A stretch of DNA of 64,000 bases from Protoeuglena noctilucae (taxonomy: Eukaryota): the NCBI GenBank assembly GCA_958009085.1, contig OY253685.1, positions 434,001 to 498,000 on the forward strand, written 5' to 3'. The notes beneath the pieces are model-generated. The model was given only the letters and a program-made list of their open reading frames with translations, made no database searches and was not told where the DNA came from. This document shows positions 1 to 14,300 of the stretch, one piece after another. The position numbers were made by a program, and so were the translations under genes. The stretch's first letter is position 1. Each line of letters begins with the position of its first letter.

Positions 1-263
1 GTGCCTGCCAGCGAGCGCAAAGCACGAGCAAGCGCAGGCCCTGGCGCATGCTCGCACGGTCGGATCGAGCCGGCCTACATTGTCGGCGAGAAGGGTGGCG
101 GCTGCGCTGCGACCTCGGTTCGTCGGCCGGCAAAGTTCCGCATAACCTGCTTTCACTCGCTGGTGTGGCCGGACGCCGTTTCAAACTCTTGCGTCACGAG
201 GGCAAGATCGAGGGAGGAAAGGACGAGACCAAGACATTCCTTTTTTAAGGTCATTCCAGACAA

Positions 264-1476
264 CTAGTCCAGAAGGCTCCCCGCACTGCCAAAGAGTCTC
301 ACCGCCCCCTTCTTTACCGCAAACTCCAGGGCAGCTGCCGCGAACAGGAAGGTCAGCATGGACTCCCCCACTTGAGCAAGGGCCACCACGGCACCTATCC
401 TGTCCCCACCTCCCAGGACCTGCCGCGTGGCATACGAGACTCGACCGCGTCATCGTCTCAACGGTGTCGCAGGGCCCAAGTGCATGTCTCAGCACCCGTC
501 AGCAAATCCCAGGCGTTGTCACCTGGGATACCGTGTCCTGCGCTTCCGAGAGCCCCCGCACAATCCCAAATGCTCCCACGACTCCTGAGCGCAAATGAGG
601 GTTCTCGAGGTCCTCCCGCACCGCATACCTCCACACGGGTCCGAACAAGAAGCACGACATCGCCACGATGAGGGCTCCTGCCACGGCACCCGGGCCTGCG
701 CGAATGCGACAATCACGGGATTGGTAAGGCTCGCACCCAGTCTGGCACGGCCCAACACGCTATGCCGCGCTTGCACCTGTGCCACTCGTCACCACGTACG
801 GCAGGGAGCCCAGCGTCCCACCCACGGCAGCGACGAGAGCGGCCTTCACGCTCTCCACCCTCTCAGCGTCGCTCCTTGCGCTGGCCTCAATCTGGGTGCG
901 CGAGGCTTGCGCCTCCTGCACCGCCAGCTCCGCCGCGCGCATCCTGGGGGCAGAGTGGCCTGGAGATGCGCGCAAGCTCCCACCCGTCGCATCATGGAGC
1001 ACGCAACGCAACTATCCTCACCTCTGCTCAGCCTGGGCAACCGTGATGTCAGCGAGCCGGTCCAAGACCCTCTGCCCGGCGCGGTCTGCCTCCTCCGCAA
1101 TCCGCCTCTCCTCCTCGGCGCCACGCTTCCGGACCTCGATGATCTCCATCTCGATCTCCGCAGATTGCTTCTGCAGCTCGGCGACCTTCTCCGCCGCAGC
1201 GGCGATGCGGTCGAGCCGATCCCTCACCTGCAGCGAGGACAACGGGAGGAGATTGTTTTGTCACGGGCCATCCTCGCGAAGCAGATGCGTTCACCATGCG
1301 AACTGCACCTCGGGGTCCTGCTGGAGGATTCGGCCCGCCATGTCCGTCATCTCATCGTCCGCCGCGCTCCCAGACCCCGGCTGGGCCATCGAGGGCCGCC
1401 ATCTCCTCCGTCCAACCGCACCCCTACATCCCGTACATGCAGATGTACGCACTGGCAACCGTGTCCACGCGCTCAT
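264..1476 (-). CDS. Conserved uncharacterised plant/algal membrane protein, probably plastid-targeted; about 5 exons
   Basis: Spliced exons read ...ERVESVKAALVAAVGGTLGSLP...SCFLFGPVWRYAVREDLENPHLRSGVVGAFGIVRGL...GESMLTFLFAAAALEFAVK. I recall this pattern from a family of plant/cyanobacterial hypothetical proteins. GT-AG junctions are phase-compatible; the start codon is tentative. Confidence 0.7.
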
Positions 1477-1750
1477 GCCGCTTTGGGAGATAGAAAATTT
1501 GGATGATCCCTTGGTACCAGGAGAAAGGCAGCGGCAGGAAGAGGCGTGACTCGGGGGCACCACAACATCAAATCGAATGCGCTCGGTGCTCGAGATATGC
1601 TGCCATTCGCGCTGCCGGCGTGCCAGGCTCAAGTTGCAAGCTGAGTCAGTGCGAGGGAGCAGCGGAGGGCCATCTTCCCCGGCGCGATTCCGTTCACGTC
1701 GACACAGGAAGGCTCTGGTAGCTCGGCTTCGGGGGGGCAGGCGGGCATCG

Positions 1751-3686
1751 ATGGCGAGCCACCTCCGATATGCTCCTGGGGCCGCGAGCTCGTCTGCTGC
1801 TGCGCCTCACAATGCGCTCAAGGTGACCAACAGTGGGCTGGGCCGGCCATCGGTCGCCCATCACGCCTCGGGAGCGGAGCCGGGCCCCCGGCAGTCTTCT
1901 TCGCTGTGGAGCGCGCCGGTGCGCGTTTCGTCCGGCCCTGCCGTCTCCTCCGTCAACTTGGATAGAGATCGGTCGCGCACTGACGCGGGCGCCCGTGGGC
2001 AAGGCCTGCAGGCGGCAAGAAGCCGCCGGGCTGGCCCAGTGCTTTGCTTCACCATTTCCCTTGATTGGACGTTTGCTGCGCTCGCATCACTCATCCCTGC
2101 ATCTCGACATCCATTAGAGAGCCCCTGGGTGGTCGGGAAAACACTCGCGCTCCGCGGGGAGCGTGAACAAGAGCGCGCTTTGCCGGGGTGCCCTCCGTGT
2201 GTTTCCACGAGGCGCCCGTCTCTTCTCTGTGCCTCCTGGAGTAGGCTTTTGGATATCTGGATGCGTTTCCTCAAGTGGGAGCCACGATAGCATGACATCG
2301 GGCCTTTTGACTTCTCGCAGCTGAGGACCCGCCCATCCTCATCCGCCTGGGTGTCTTCTGCGCCCCGGATGGTCCGCCATCAGGTCTCCGGTGGCATCTC
2401 GCGGAACCTGCAGTCTCTGCGGAGTAGGGCGTCCAGCTCTGCCGCGCTGGATGACGCGGGCGGCGGTGGCCCGCCCGGCGGGGGCCGAGGCCCGTGCAAG
2501 ACGGGGGGCAGCGGGGGTAACGGGGGGGACGGGGGCGCTGCGGGCGAGAACAGCGGCGACGATGACCGCGTGGAGCTCTTGAACATGTCGGAAGCGTCGG
2601 CCATGGCCCAGCGAGCGGGGGTGGAGCTCCCCGCGGACTTTGTGGAGGCCGCCCAGGTGATGGCCGCCGGGCTGGGGTGGCAGAGGTGGCGAGTCTTGCC
2701 TCTACGGCAAACCCGATCTCGGAGGCGCTTGCTGATATAGCCCTGGTCCTCCGCACGAACGCAGGGAGGAGGGCTGTGGGCATCGGCTCTCCAGTCCTAC
2801 CTCGCTCTCGTGTCCGGCGGGGGCCTCCTGACGGCTGCCGTGATGCGGTTGTTGCCGCCCATCCGCGACCGGCTGCTCCTGGACCCCCGGTTCCTCTTCA
2901 AGGTCGGCGCGGAGGTCCTCATCGACACGGGGTGCGCCACGATCGCCGAGGTCCGCAAGCGGGCCGAGCACTTCTGGGACGAGTTCGACTTCTACATGAG
3001 CGACATCGTCGTGGGCGTCGTCCTGGACGCCGTCCTCATGACCCTGCTGGCGCCCAAGGCCGTGGTGGGTGCCCGCCCCAAGTCGGCGACGGCCAGTGGT
3101 CTCCTGGCCCCCATCCAGCGCCTGGCCGACTCGGTCCCGTCCGCCATGTTCGCCAAGTCGGTCCCGGGCATGAAGCCCTACTCGGTGTCCGATCGGGTCG
3201 TCGGCTTCGTCCTCAAGGGCCTCGAGTACTCGCTGGCAGGTGGGTGGGGAGCGAGAGGCAGTGACAGCGAGGGCCTCGTTCCCTGCGACTGGCTCTCCAC
3301 GCCGCACCGGTGGAGCTCGCACGGCGCCGGAGTCCTGAGGTCCTGCCCCCCACTGGCGCAACGCAGGGATGGCCTGCGGCCTGGTGGGCCAGGGCGTGGC
3401 CAACGGCCTCGTCATGCTCAAGCGGCACTTCGTCCCCGACGGCAGCGCCGACAAGGACCTCCCCGACGTGCTGAGGACGGCCCTCGTGTGGGGCATGTTC
3501 ATGGGCATTTCGTCCAACGCGAGGTACCAGGTCGTGTTTGGCCTCGAGCGCGTCATGGAGAGCCTGCCGCTCATCCAGAAGATGCCCGCCGTCCTCAACG
3601 CGGGCTCCGTGGCCATCCGCTTCGTCAACAACGTGATTGGCGGCGAGCAGTTCATCGACATGGCGCGCTGGGCCGGCGTGCAGTGA
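1751..3686 (+). CDS. RETICULATA / RETICULATA-related plastid envelope protein (DUF3411)
   Basis: Ser/Arg-rich transit-like N-terminus, a poly-Gly tract, then ELPADF and RDRLLLDPRFLFKVGAEVLIDTGCATIAEVRKRAEHFWDEFDFYMSD, ending TALVWGMFMGISSNARYQ...RFVNNVIGGEQFIDMARWAGVQ*. Introns 2657-2764 and 3240-3366 are GT-AG. The first exon boundary is unresolved. Confidence 0.9.
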
Positions 3687-4077
3687 CGCGTGCTTCTGGT
3701 GTAGCCCCTCTTCAAACGCCTTCCGCATTGAAAGGAGCCTGGTCAAAGGCGGAAGGAGAAGGTGGGAGGCGTGTGGAGACAGTTTAAGAGACGGCGGTAG
3801 AAGACATGACGTCCTGGGGCACCGGCTGTGCCCTGGCTGTGAACCCCGTAAAACCCTTGGCAGGGTAGCGCACCCGGAGCCACCTTTTCCACCCTCGACG
3901 GGGCTTACCGAGGCCAAATGTATAGCCCGTCCCAGGGTATGTGCGGCCCGCACTGCCGGGCCGGCGCCCGACGATCCATCTAACGGCATGCACTATGTCG
4001 ATCGAGTGGCGTGGCCCGGCCCGGCCCAGCGGCGATGATGTCCATGTAGAAGTAAGTTGCAGATTGTCGCAGTGCCG

Positions 4078-7000
4078 ATGAGAGGAAGCGCAAACGTGTC
4101 CGGGCGCTCGAGTTTTTGGCTATGTGTCTGGGAGCTCGAGTTTTTTGCTTACGCCTGCAGTTGAAGCCGTTCCAGCGCGGTAAGCTGCTGTCAACGAAGA
4201 GTTTGGAGCTCTCGGCTACGCCTTCATCGAAGGCTCCGAGGCCACAGCCGTCCAGGAGCTGCGATGGTCGGAGCTCCGGGCCTGCCCTGCTTCAGGGCAG
4301 TGAGGAGTTGGCCAGCCCGGACTCGGGCTCTCTCATGACTGCTACCACAGCAAGGCCTCGGTTGGCACTGCCGATGTCTCCCACGAGTGTCTCGAGCGGC
4401 ATTCTCTGCAGCCCAGATCAGGAGCAACTGTGGGCCTTGTCCCAGCTGGGGCAGCGCCATCACGCCAAGGTCAGCCCGGGAGGTATCTTACACCTGCCTG
4501 CCTCATACGACGACATCGACTCCAGGCGCCGCAAGGTCGACGGCCGACTTCGGGACCATAGTCCCCACGGCTTGCGGTTCACTGGCAAAAGGTACTCCCC
4601 CAGGTGACGTGCGCTGCGGAAGGAGGTATCCTGTTGCACATCTCGGCGTCACCTCACCACCATGTGAAATCCAGACGTTCATCTCACCGCAGGGATGCTT
4701 TGTGGCGCACCGTGACGTCGTGGCCATGGACAGGCTTCGTCGTCACAAGCGCGCTCTTCATGACATTCCTGCGCGCGGTCATGTGGTTCGCCGTTCAGGG
4801 GCCTGGCAACCGGGCTCACAGCGCATCCGACCTGTGAGCGCTGTCCACGCGGCGCTGCGGTCAGGCAGCGTGCCGCCCGTCGCTGGGGTGCACGGACTGG
4901 CCCCGCCAGTGATCGCAGGTCCTACGTGGCGACCGCCCTGTTCCTTCCGACCCTCGTGAGCATCGTCGTGTTCCACGTGGAGGCGCCACGGCACCTGGAC
5001 AAGATCCGACTGGTGAGATGATGCAGCGGCAGGCGTTAAGGAAAGAGGCGTCGCAGCAGCTAGCACAGACCCCAGACGGGCTGCGACGTCGCCCACCCCG
5101 CAGGGCCTGGCTCGCAAGCAGCTCCGGCACCAGCTCGTCACCTTCGTGTGCGTGGTGGCCGTGTATGCGGCGCTGCTAGCGACAGTTTTTCTTGGTGATC
5201 CCCTTGGCATTGCGGGGCCGGACCCGCGGGCGGCGGCGTTGCGAACGCCAACGTCCATGCATCGATTCCTCCTGCTCGCTGCAGCTTTCCACTCTGCGGC
5301 TGCGAGGACGTACACTTCAGGCCCCAACAACACGATCATTTACGTCAGCGGCACTGTCGTGGAGCTCTTGCCTGGAACAGGTGATGAGCTGTGCCTGCGC
5401 ATCTAGGCTGCCGGTCGCGGCGTGGCTGGGCTGATCTGGAGACGGTCTGGTCCTGCCGCACCTGTCGTGCACGCATGATTTGGATGACGGCGCTGGTCTT
5501 TTCCCTGTTCTGCGTGAGCAACACGGCTGTGGCTCAGAGGGAGGTGGCGGACCCGCTAAGGTAAGCATCGCTGTCGCTGTCACCGGCGAGCGCCTCTCCG
5601 TCCTCACCTCTTGGCTGACTTCCCTCCCGAGCCCTGTGCCCTGCAGCCCGCTTTGGCGGAGTCGCATGATGCTGATGTCAAGCGCCCCCGCGCTCCTCTT
5701 CCTCGTGGGAGCGTCGTGCTTTGCAATCTGCATTTGCACGGCGTTCCTGCCTTTCATCGGCTCACAAATGGTCAATGTCGCGGATATGAGCTTGCCGTCT
5801 CAGGCGTCCACTTTGTGGTATCGCTGCCAGTCTGGCTGCGATATCGACGAGTCCTTCCTTGCGGCGGGGTTCGACAATCAGAGCAGCAGGCTGTTGCGCG
5901 TCGACATGAGCAACAGCAGCGTTCCGTTCGTCTGGGAGAGCACAGACTTCGCAGACGGCCTCGTGGCGCGCGCTGTCCAGGTGCGTCAGCATGATGCTGA
6001 CCACCGACCGCATCCGAGGAGACGCAGCTACTAGGAACCTCCATGGGGGCAGTTGTCGCCTCGGCCTGCAGCAGCAGCCACCCCCCCTGCCGTCGCCGCA
6101 GGTGCCCTACAATGGCGCTCAGTTCGTCTTCTCCCTGGACGGCGCAATCGCCTGCACCGTCGTTTTTGAGCTGGTCACCATGCTCGCCTTCGTGGCAGTG
6201 GCTGCCACCGTGCTCCTCTCCTTTCGACTCTCGGCCCACTGGCTGATCGTGGAGCCTTCCGAGGGCATCTTTGCCACCATCCGTAGCTCGGCGGTATGTC
6301 TGGACGACTCGGGCCACATCGCCATTGGCCCGACGCCGCCCCGAGGCTCGCGCGAGAACCGTCCCTCCGCTAGCCCAAAGCAGGGCGTCCCGGCGCTCGA
6401 CCTCTTGCCGCTGAATCAGGCAACGGCCCCGACCATTGCGGCCGCCGTGCAGCGTCTCCTGGCTCACCTCAGGGAGTCCATGTTGGCGTACATCGCAGTC
6501 ACCAGCAACAACACGTGGTCGGTGGCGCGGGCCAACTCCTCCGCCGCGGAGGGGCTGCAGGCGGACCGGGGGATGGCCGGCAACCGCGCATCAGTCCGGG
6601 AGCCGCCCGACGAGGCGTGGGGCGGGATCGCCAGCGAGCACTCGTCGGACGTGTTCGCAAGCAGGGGTGGTCCCAAGGCCACGGCGGGGCGCCGCGTGGT
6701 GGAGAAGCCTGTCAGCACGCCCGTGAGCAAGCGCTTCAAGCCCAGCGTGGTGAACGGCATGGGGACCCTCGACTGGTCCGTCCTGACCCTGAGCGGCGAG
6801 GACCTCCCGTCCGCGTGCGTGGCGATCTTCATGAAGGCCCGCGTCTCGACGATCGTCAGCCTCGAGACCTTCGCCAACTGGTCGAGCGCCGTCCTCGCAT
6901 CCCACCCCCGGCTCCCGTTCCACGGCCCAGAGTGAGCCCGCGCGACGCTGCAGCAGACCCGCGCCCTGCCCTGCGTATACACTGCAGCTTCAAGGCGAGA

Positions 7001-7994
7001 CGGCCTCGCTCTGCCCGCAGGCGTGCCGTGCAGCACATGCACGGGGTCTTCTGCGTCCTGCGGGCGCCGGAGCTCTCGGACGCTCCGCCCCTGTACCGGT
7101 TTGCCCTGCTGGTGGCCGCGCTGGGGCAGTACCTGGGTTGCCTTGGCGTGGACGATGAGACGCTCATCTCCCGGAGAGACTTCCTCTGGCGGAAGCACGG
7201 CGGCGTGAGTCATCCCCAGGCCTCCGAGAGCATCGCCTCTGTCTTGCGCATCGCGTACGAAGAGGAGGGCTGCAACATCTTCTCCAGGCTGTCGAGCGAT
7301 GACCTCGAGACTGCTCTCGGTGCGCATGTGCCGGCGACGGCAGTGCAAGCGGCTGGTCGTGTCTTGAGCGACCGGTCGCCCTTCGGTCTTGTCCCCAGAC
7401 CTCATCTCGCGAGCCATCGTCGACGGCGCCCCAGAGATTTCCGAGAAGCTCGTGTGGATCGTGCGCGTGGTGAAGAGCAAGCAGGACGCCCGGCACGCGG
7501 GGGAGTTCCTGTCACGGGTCGCACCCGCGGCCGCTGGGAAGCTGCAGGCGGGGGACCTGCGGGCCCTGGCAGGGCCTCTCGTGAAGGCCGGCCTGGTGCT
7601 TGACCTTGTTCAGAGCGTGGCTCGCACGACGATTTGGGTCCAGCGCATCACGGAGGAGGTCAAGCGAGGGCACAAACTGACCGGCACGAGCGCCCTGGTG
7701 AGCCCGCTCGCCGCACGCATGATGCCTGCTCGTGTGGGCGAAGGGTTTGCCTTGCGCAACTTGCGCTGCCTCTTCTCGCAGGACCTTGTCGACCAGACGA
7801 GGCGGCGCATCGCCGGCAAAATAGCGCAGTTCACCGAGCAGTTTCACCACGTCATCCCGTCCCTCGGCCTGGCGAACTTTGCCAGCCGCATCCCTTTTCA
7901 GTTCGATCAGTCACCCTTCCAGGAGCGCGAGTCTTGGGAGCAGCCGTCGTCCAAGGAGGCACCACAGAGCGCCGCCCATTCCAATATTGGGTAG
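4078..7994 (+). CDS. Multi-pass membrane protein with a C-terminal, degenerate class I cyclic-nucleotide phosphodiesterase-like domain
   Basis: Several hydrophobic helices at about 4690-6250. The C-terminal part aligns by eye with PDEase_I: PFHGPERAVQHMH, ALLVAALGQYLGCLGVDDETLI, CNIFSRLS, LVKAGLVL...WVQRITEE...SPLAAR. The 5' exon structure is only partly resolved. Confidence 0.65.
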
Positions 7995-8350
7995 GAATGA
8001 GGCAGGCGACGTGGCCTCCGAGTAAACTCGCTTCTTTTTCCTTCAACAACTCCGTTTTTCCCCCCTGCCTCAGGGAAATGACGGGTAGGGAACCCTCAAA
8101 ACCCTGCCATGTCCCGTTTGTCGCGCCCCTGTGCCATGGCGTGCCCCATGCATTTGCGCTTTGGCGGGCACTGGCGCCAGATGTGCAGCACGTCCATAGC
8201 GATGCGTTGAAATGAATGAAACGTCGCCGCTGAGCCACCGCAATTGCGAAAGTACTGTGCGGTGGCGGCCTGCATCGCTTGTCGCATCGGGGCGTTGAGG
8301 CTCCACTGCAGCGCCTGCGTGCCCGCAATGCGTTGGGAGGGCGCTGGAGA

Positions 8351-11300
8351 ATGAGCCCTTCCGCTGCTGGCGACCTCGTCGTCGCCACGTTCCCACGGTG
8401 TGTGCGCTTGGCAGGCGTCCCAGTCTCGCGCCGAACCCGCACGGGGCGGCAAGAGCCAACATCGCGCAGCACTAACAACGGCCCTGGCCCGCGCCGTCCG
8501 GGGCCGTCATGGGCATCCGACGCGTTTGCTTCATCGTTGCGGTGGATCAATAGATTGAGGCACGCTGGGTCGGGGGGCTTCGTCCGTGAGTAGCGCGCGA
8601 ACATGTATTTTGTCCGCAGCGTTCCTGGTCCCGACGTTGCGGACGTCATCGAGGGCCGGCTGGCTCATCTCGAGGGTCTTAACAAGCGTTTATACGCCGA
8701 AAAGGCGGAGCTGGAGGTCGAGCTCGCCAAATGTCGGCGCCGCGAAGAGGAGACGTCGCGCCAGGTGTGACGAGGGCCGTGCGGGGCTCATGGGTGCTTC
8801 CGCCGCGCTCATCTCGCTTCGAATCTCACACTTGAAGCACCCATCACACACACAGCTGTCGCGCAAGACCCAAGAGGCGCAGCGCTACAAGCACATGTAC
8901 GAGGAGGGGCAGCACGCGCTGCAGGCCCAGGTCTCCACGCTGACGGAGGACAACCGCTGGCTCGAGTCCCTCGTGCAGCGCATGAACTCGGAGCTGGCGT
9001 CCATCAAGGCCGCTCACTCTGACCAAGGCAAGTCTCGCGGCCATGGCACGACCCTAACCCCGATCAACAACGACCCCAGTAGGGCATCCAGCGAGCTATC
9101 CCGTCCGCGCAGGCGAGCGAGAGGTCAAGCTGCGGTCCCTGCTGGGCCACGTCCAAGACGAGCTGCAGACGGCCGTGGGCGACATGACACGCAAGCTGGC
9201 CCAGGCCAAGGACCAGGCAGAGGCGGACCGCGTGAACCTGGAGCGGATCGTGAGGGACCGGGAGGCGGAGGCCGAGGCGGCGCAGGCACAGCGCGCGGCG
9301 ACGCTGCAGGCATGCGACGCGCTGGAGCGCGAGGTGGCGTCGCTGCACGTGCAGCTGGAGGACGCACGCCAGAATGGGGCGCAGCTGAGCCGGGCGCTCG
9401 AGCCCCTGACCCGCGACGCGGCGGAGGCGCAGGCGTCCGCGGCCCGGTCCCAGGCGCAGCTGGCCAACGAGCTGAGTGCCGCGCACCGCCGCGCCACGGA
9501 CGCCGAGCGTGCGGCCTCCGAGGCCCGCGACGCGCTGCTGCAGGCGCGCAGCCGGCACGAGGGGGAGGTGGCGGCGGTGCGCGGGGAGCTGCAGGCGCAG
9601 GTGGACGCGGTGGCGCGGGAGCTGCAGGCCCTGCAGGTGCGGTGGGAGACGGAGGTGCACCCGGCCATGAAAGCGCGAATCGAGGCCAGGGCACAGCAGG
9701 CGGAGGAGGCGCGGGCTGCGGCGGAGAAGCGGGCCAAGGCTGCCGTAAAGGAGATGCGTGGGATGGCCGAGGAACTCAAGACGATCCGGTGAGGGGCCTG
9801 TTGCTGCGTGGCCGCCCGCCGCGACGGAGGCGACCCGGGCTTGGCCATGGGGTGTACCACTGCATCTCGCTGCCACACGCGCCCGGGCTCTCTGTGCTGC
9901 AGATCCCAGTACGACGCGGCGCTGGCCGAGGCGCACCAGACGGCGAGCCAGGAGGCCCACCACGTTCTGGCGAGCGTGGCGCGGTCCGGGCATGGCGCGC
10001 TTGAGGCCATCCTGTCGGGGCTGCGGGAGGCGGGCGTGGGCCACGACGCGTCGCGCTCCGGGGCGCTGGACCGCTTCCGGGCGAGCGGCGTGACGGACGT
10101 GGGCGCGAGCGTGACGGTGATGGCCGAGGAGGAGGCGCAGCATGTGGTGGTGGAGGTGGAGCGACGGGCGCGGGAGCTGGCGCGGCAGGTGGCCCAGGCT
10201 CGAGACCGGCTGGCCATGCGAGAGGAGCAGCTGGTGAGAGCGCAGGGAGAGGCGGAGCAGCTGCGGGGCGAGCTCCGGGAGATGCGGGAGGCAGAGGCAC
10301 AGCGACAGGCAGAGGCAGTCAAGGTGAGCACGTGAGGCGTCGCAGATTAGGGAATGACTGGTGTCATCTATTGGTGCGTCATGTGCACTGTTCAGTAATC
10401 TACACACATGTCATGTGGTACGACACGGACACACGTCGCCTGCCGCGCGATTGTTGTGCCCCTCTGCGCCGTTGCAGCAAGAGAGCCGTAGCCTGATCTC
10501 TGAGGAGCGCTCTGCGGTGCTGGAGGAGCAAGTGTCTCAGATGCGGGTCCAGGTGGAGGAGTCGCGTGGCTGGCAGATGCGGGCGAGGAGCGAGAAGGAG
10601 GGCATGGGGGCGGAGCTGCAGCGAGCGAGGGAGGAGGCGGCGGCGCGGGCGGCGGAGGTGGAGCTCATGAGGGCGCAGGTGGGTGCAGCGTAGGTTGTAA
10701 GCGCAGGCAACGGTCATGGGAACAGGGGCCGATCAAGTCGGCAGACGAGGGTGCAGTTGTGGTGATGGTTTTATCTTGGCTTCTCCCGCAGGTGACGGAT
10801 GCGGAGGAGCAGCGCCTGCGTCTCGAGGGCAGCCTGCGTGACGCCGAGAAGCGCCTGACGACGCTGGATGCGGAGCTGAGGGACGCCACCCGCAAGCTGG
10901 CCGACGCGCAGCACGCCGAGGCGCTGCTGCGGGCCCAGCTCAGGTGAGCCACGGTTTGGGGGATTACAGAGCTGGCGCCTGGCTCGTCCTGCGTTTGCAC
11001 GCCGCAGTCTGTGTGGGTCGGTGCGAGAGGGTATCGTCTCGCCACGCACGTCTTGCTGTGCATCCCCGCTGTTGCAGGGAGGCCAAGGTGCAGGTGTCCC
11101 ACCAGGAGCTCGCGGCGGGGTCGGCCCGGTCAGAGGTGGATGACATGGCCATGTCCCTGCGTTCGCGGGAGGTGGAGCAGGCCCACTTGCACCAGGAGCG
11201 TGCCACCCTCAAGGCCCAGGTGACCTCTTCTAGCACACGGGGTGATGAATGAAGCAAGTGGACTGCCGTGACCCTGCATTCTTGCTTGGCGCGTTGCCGT

Positions 11301-14300
11301 CGTCGCGACCATGCGTGGCCACGCCCATGCTGCGCCTCGCTCAGCAAGACATCTCATCGGTGTCGCCAAGCCCATTGCAATGCTTCTCTCCACGCCTCTT
11401 CAGGTCGAGGAGCACGCCCAGCGCGCCGTGAAGCTGCGGGCGGAGCTAGACGCGGAGCACCGGGAGCGGGTGGCCGTGGACGCGGAGTTGAAGGCGAAGA
11501 GGGCCCGCGTCGACGACCTGGAGGCGCAGGTGAGAGGCAGCCAGGAGGACAAGGGCAGGGGTGGCATCTGGCACACGCGCCTCATCTGTGTGACTGCCCT
11601 CACACAGCCGCCTCCGCTCGCCATGCTGTCGGGCCTGGCCATGCCCGTGTGCCTGCACCTAGCTATGCTGATGTGCCTTGGCCGCAGGTGCGCCACGCGG
11701 CCCAGGAGCTCAGCGAGTCGCGGGCCAAGGAGTCGGAGGCGCAGAACGCGCTGACGGAGGCCAGGGAGACGGCGACGAGGCTGGGGAGGGACCTGCGGCT
11801 GCGGGACAAGCGCGTGGCTGACCTGGAGCGCGACGTGTCGGGGCTGGCTGCTTCCGTGGAGGAGCACCGGGTGCGCGCGGAGCGGCTCCGGCAGGACCTA
11901 CAGGCCGCGGAGGGCGAAGCGAGGAGGCTGGCGGACGCCTTGGCGGAGTGCACGACCAAGAGGGAGGAGGCGGAGGCGGCGGCAAGGAAGGCGTCGCAAG
12001 AGCTGGGGGCCGCCAAGCACAGGCGAGGGGCGGAGCGAGATGCAGCCACACAGCCATGCGTCTTTCTATACTTGGTGACTTGACCCGACTTGGTTCTCTT
12101 TAGCAGGCCACGGCTCGCTACTCTGCCTTATGACAAGCGCTGCCTACTCGTCCCTTCCACGCAGCGCCCTCACGATGGAGGTCAAAGCGGACCGTGCTGC
12201 GTTCGAGCTCCAGTCCATGCGGCAGGAGCTGGAGCGCGCCAACGACGCCGGGGCCAACAGCGCCGCGCTGCTGGAGGCAGCGACCAAGAAAGCCGCCGAC
12301 TACGAGGTCCGTGGGCCGCTGGCTGGCACAATGGGGAGGCGTGCCTTGGCATCCCAATCACGCACCATGGTTTTGTGCATACCATGCACAGGCGCTCGAA
12401 CCTGGCCCTCCCCGCTGCACCCACTCGTCGCACACCCCTCGTGTCCCTCCCTCGTCTCCCCCGCAGAAGCAACTCCTGTCCATCGACCGCGCCACTTCCC
12501 GCGCCACCACGGTTGCCAAGGCCCTGGCCGCACACCCCCCGGGGTCCCGCGTGGTCCCGCGGCTGCCGGTGCACGGCGTCGAGTCACGTGACCCCCCCGA
12601 CGCCCTGGTCGGCGAGCGGACGGTGGCGGCGCTGGAGCGCTTGGAGGGCCTGGCGACCGAGTACAGCGAGCGCATCTCGGCGGACGCGGTCAAGCTGGCG
12701 GAGGCGGCGAGGGCCAGGAACGAGGTGGTGGAGCAGCTGCAGGTGAGCGGGGAAGGCATGGAGCAGGCGCGACTGCAGGAGCGATGCCGAGACTTGCCGT
12801 GTACGTGCAACCACCAGTGGTGCTCCACTCGCATTAGTCCATCTCAGACAGCGATAGGGGCAGTGATAGGGGCACATGGTCATTGTCGCCGCAGAATTGC
12901 CGGGAGAAGTGCGCCAAGGCCCAAAGGGACGCGGAGACTGCGGAGCAGGAGCACCGGAGGGCGGCATCGGCGCTGGCGGACGTGCGCGAGGAGTGCCGCG
13001 GCCTGCGGGCGGAGGCGGGCGTGCACCTGCAGCAGCTGGGGGACCTGCGTGCACGGCTGGCGACGCTCGAGAAGCAGCTGGGCGGCCTGGCGGGTGACAA
13101 GGCGTTCCTGGAGCAGTCCCTGGCGGTGGCCGGAGAGGACCGCGCCAGGCACGCCGAGGAGGCGCGGACGCTGCGGGGGGACCTGGAGGCGGCACGGCGG
13201 GGCCTGTCCCAGCTGGAGGGACGCGCGGTTCGGGCGGAGGTGGAGCTGGCCGCGTGCCGCCGCGACCTGGGCGCAGCGCGGGAGGCAATCCGGGAGCGGG
13301 AAAGCGAGGTGGGCGCGCTGCGGGGCGCGCTGGCGGCGCGGGAGGGCGATTTGGAGGACGCCAGGGACCGGGAGACGGTGCTGTCGGCCGAGGCAGAGAC
13401 GTGCCGGCAGCGGCTGTCCGAGGCCCGGCAGGCGGCGGTGCGGGCGCAGCGGGCGGCAGCTGCGCTCCGGACCCGCGTGTCTGGGACGGCGGGGCAGGCC
13501 GCGGAGGGCCCGGCCGTCGCGGAGGCGGCGCTGGTGCCGGTGGGGTTGGCGTTGGGCGACACGCCGGGGGTGGTGGACGTGGCGGCGGCGGTGGCAGCGG
13601 CGGCGGAGGACTTTGCCCACGCGGCAGAGGCGGCGCGGGCGGCGATGCTGCTGGCACGGGACGAGGCGGGCGAGGCGGCGGCGGCTGCCAGCGCGGCGAC
13701 GGCGCGCGCACTCGCGGCGGAGGAGGCGGCGGACTCGGCGCAGAGTCAGGCCGCGTCACTGCGTGCGGAGCTGGAGGCGGCGCGCGAGGAGTCGCGGCAG
13801 CTGCGGGGGGCGTGCGAGGAGGCGGTGGCGGACAACCGTGCGTTGCGTGCGCGGGGGGAGCGTCTGAAGGAGAAGCTGCGCGCGCTGCAGTCGGAGCGCG
13901 CGGCCGTGGCCAGGGCGCTGGAGGGGGCGGAGGAGGAGCTCGTGCGGGCGCTGAGGTGAGGGGTTCCAGGGTCAGGGGTCTCGCCTTGCAGTGCCGTGCT
14001 GTCCGGTCCCTGCCTGTGCCTGCTTAGGGGTTCAGGGCTGCAGCTTGCTCCCCGCCCCTGTCTGTCTGGGATTCCTTTCATCAGTGCCACTCGTCATCGC
14101 TCTCACGCAGGCACGCGGAGGAGTTGGAGGAGACGCGGGGCCGCCTGACTCGTGAGCTGGAGGAAGTGAGGGAGGCGAAGGGCCGTGCCGTGGCGGACCG
14201 GGAGGAGATGGCTCAGGAGCTGCGGACCACGCAGGGACTGCTGGACACGACGAGGGAGGAGCTCGAGCGCCAGAGCGCGGCGGCCACCCGGCTGCGGGCG

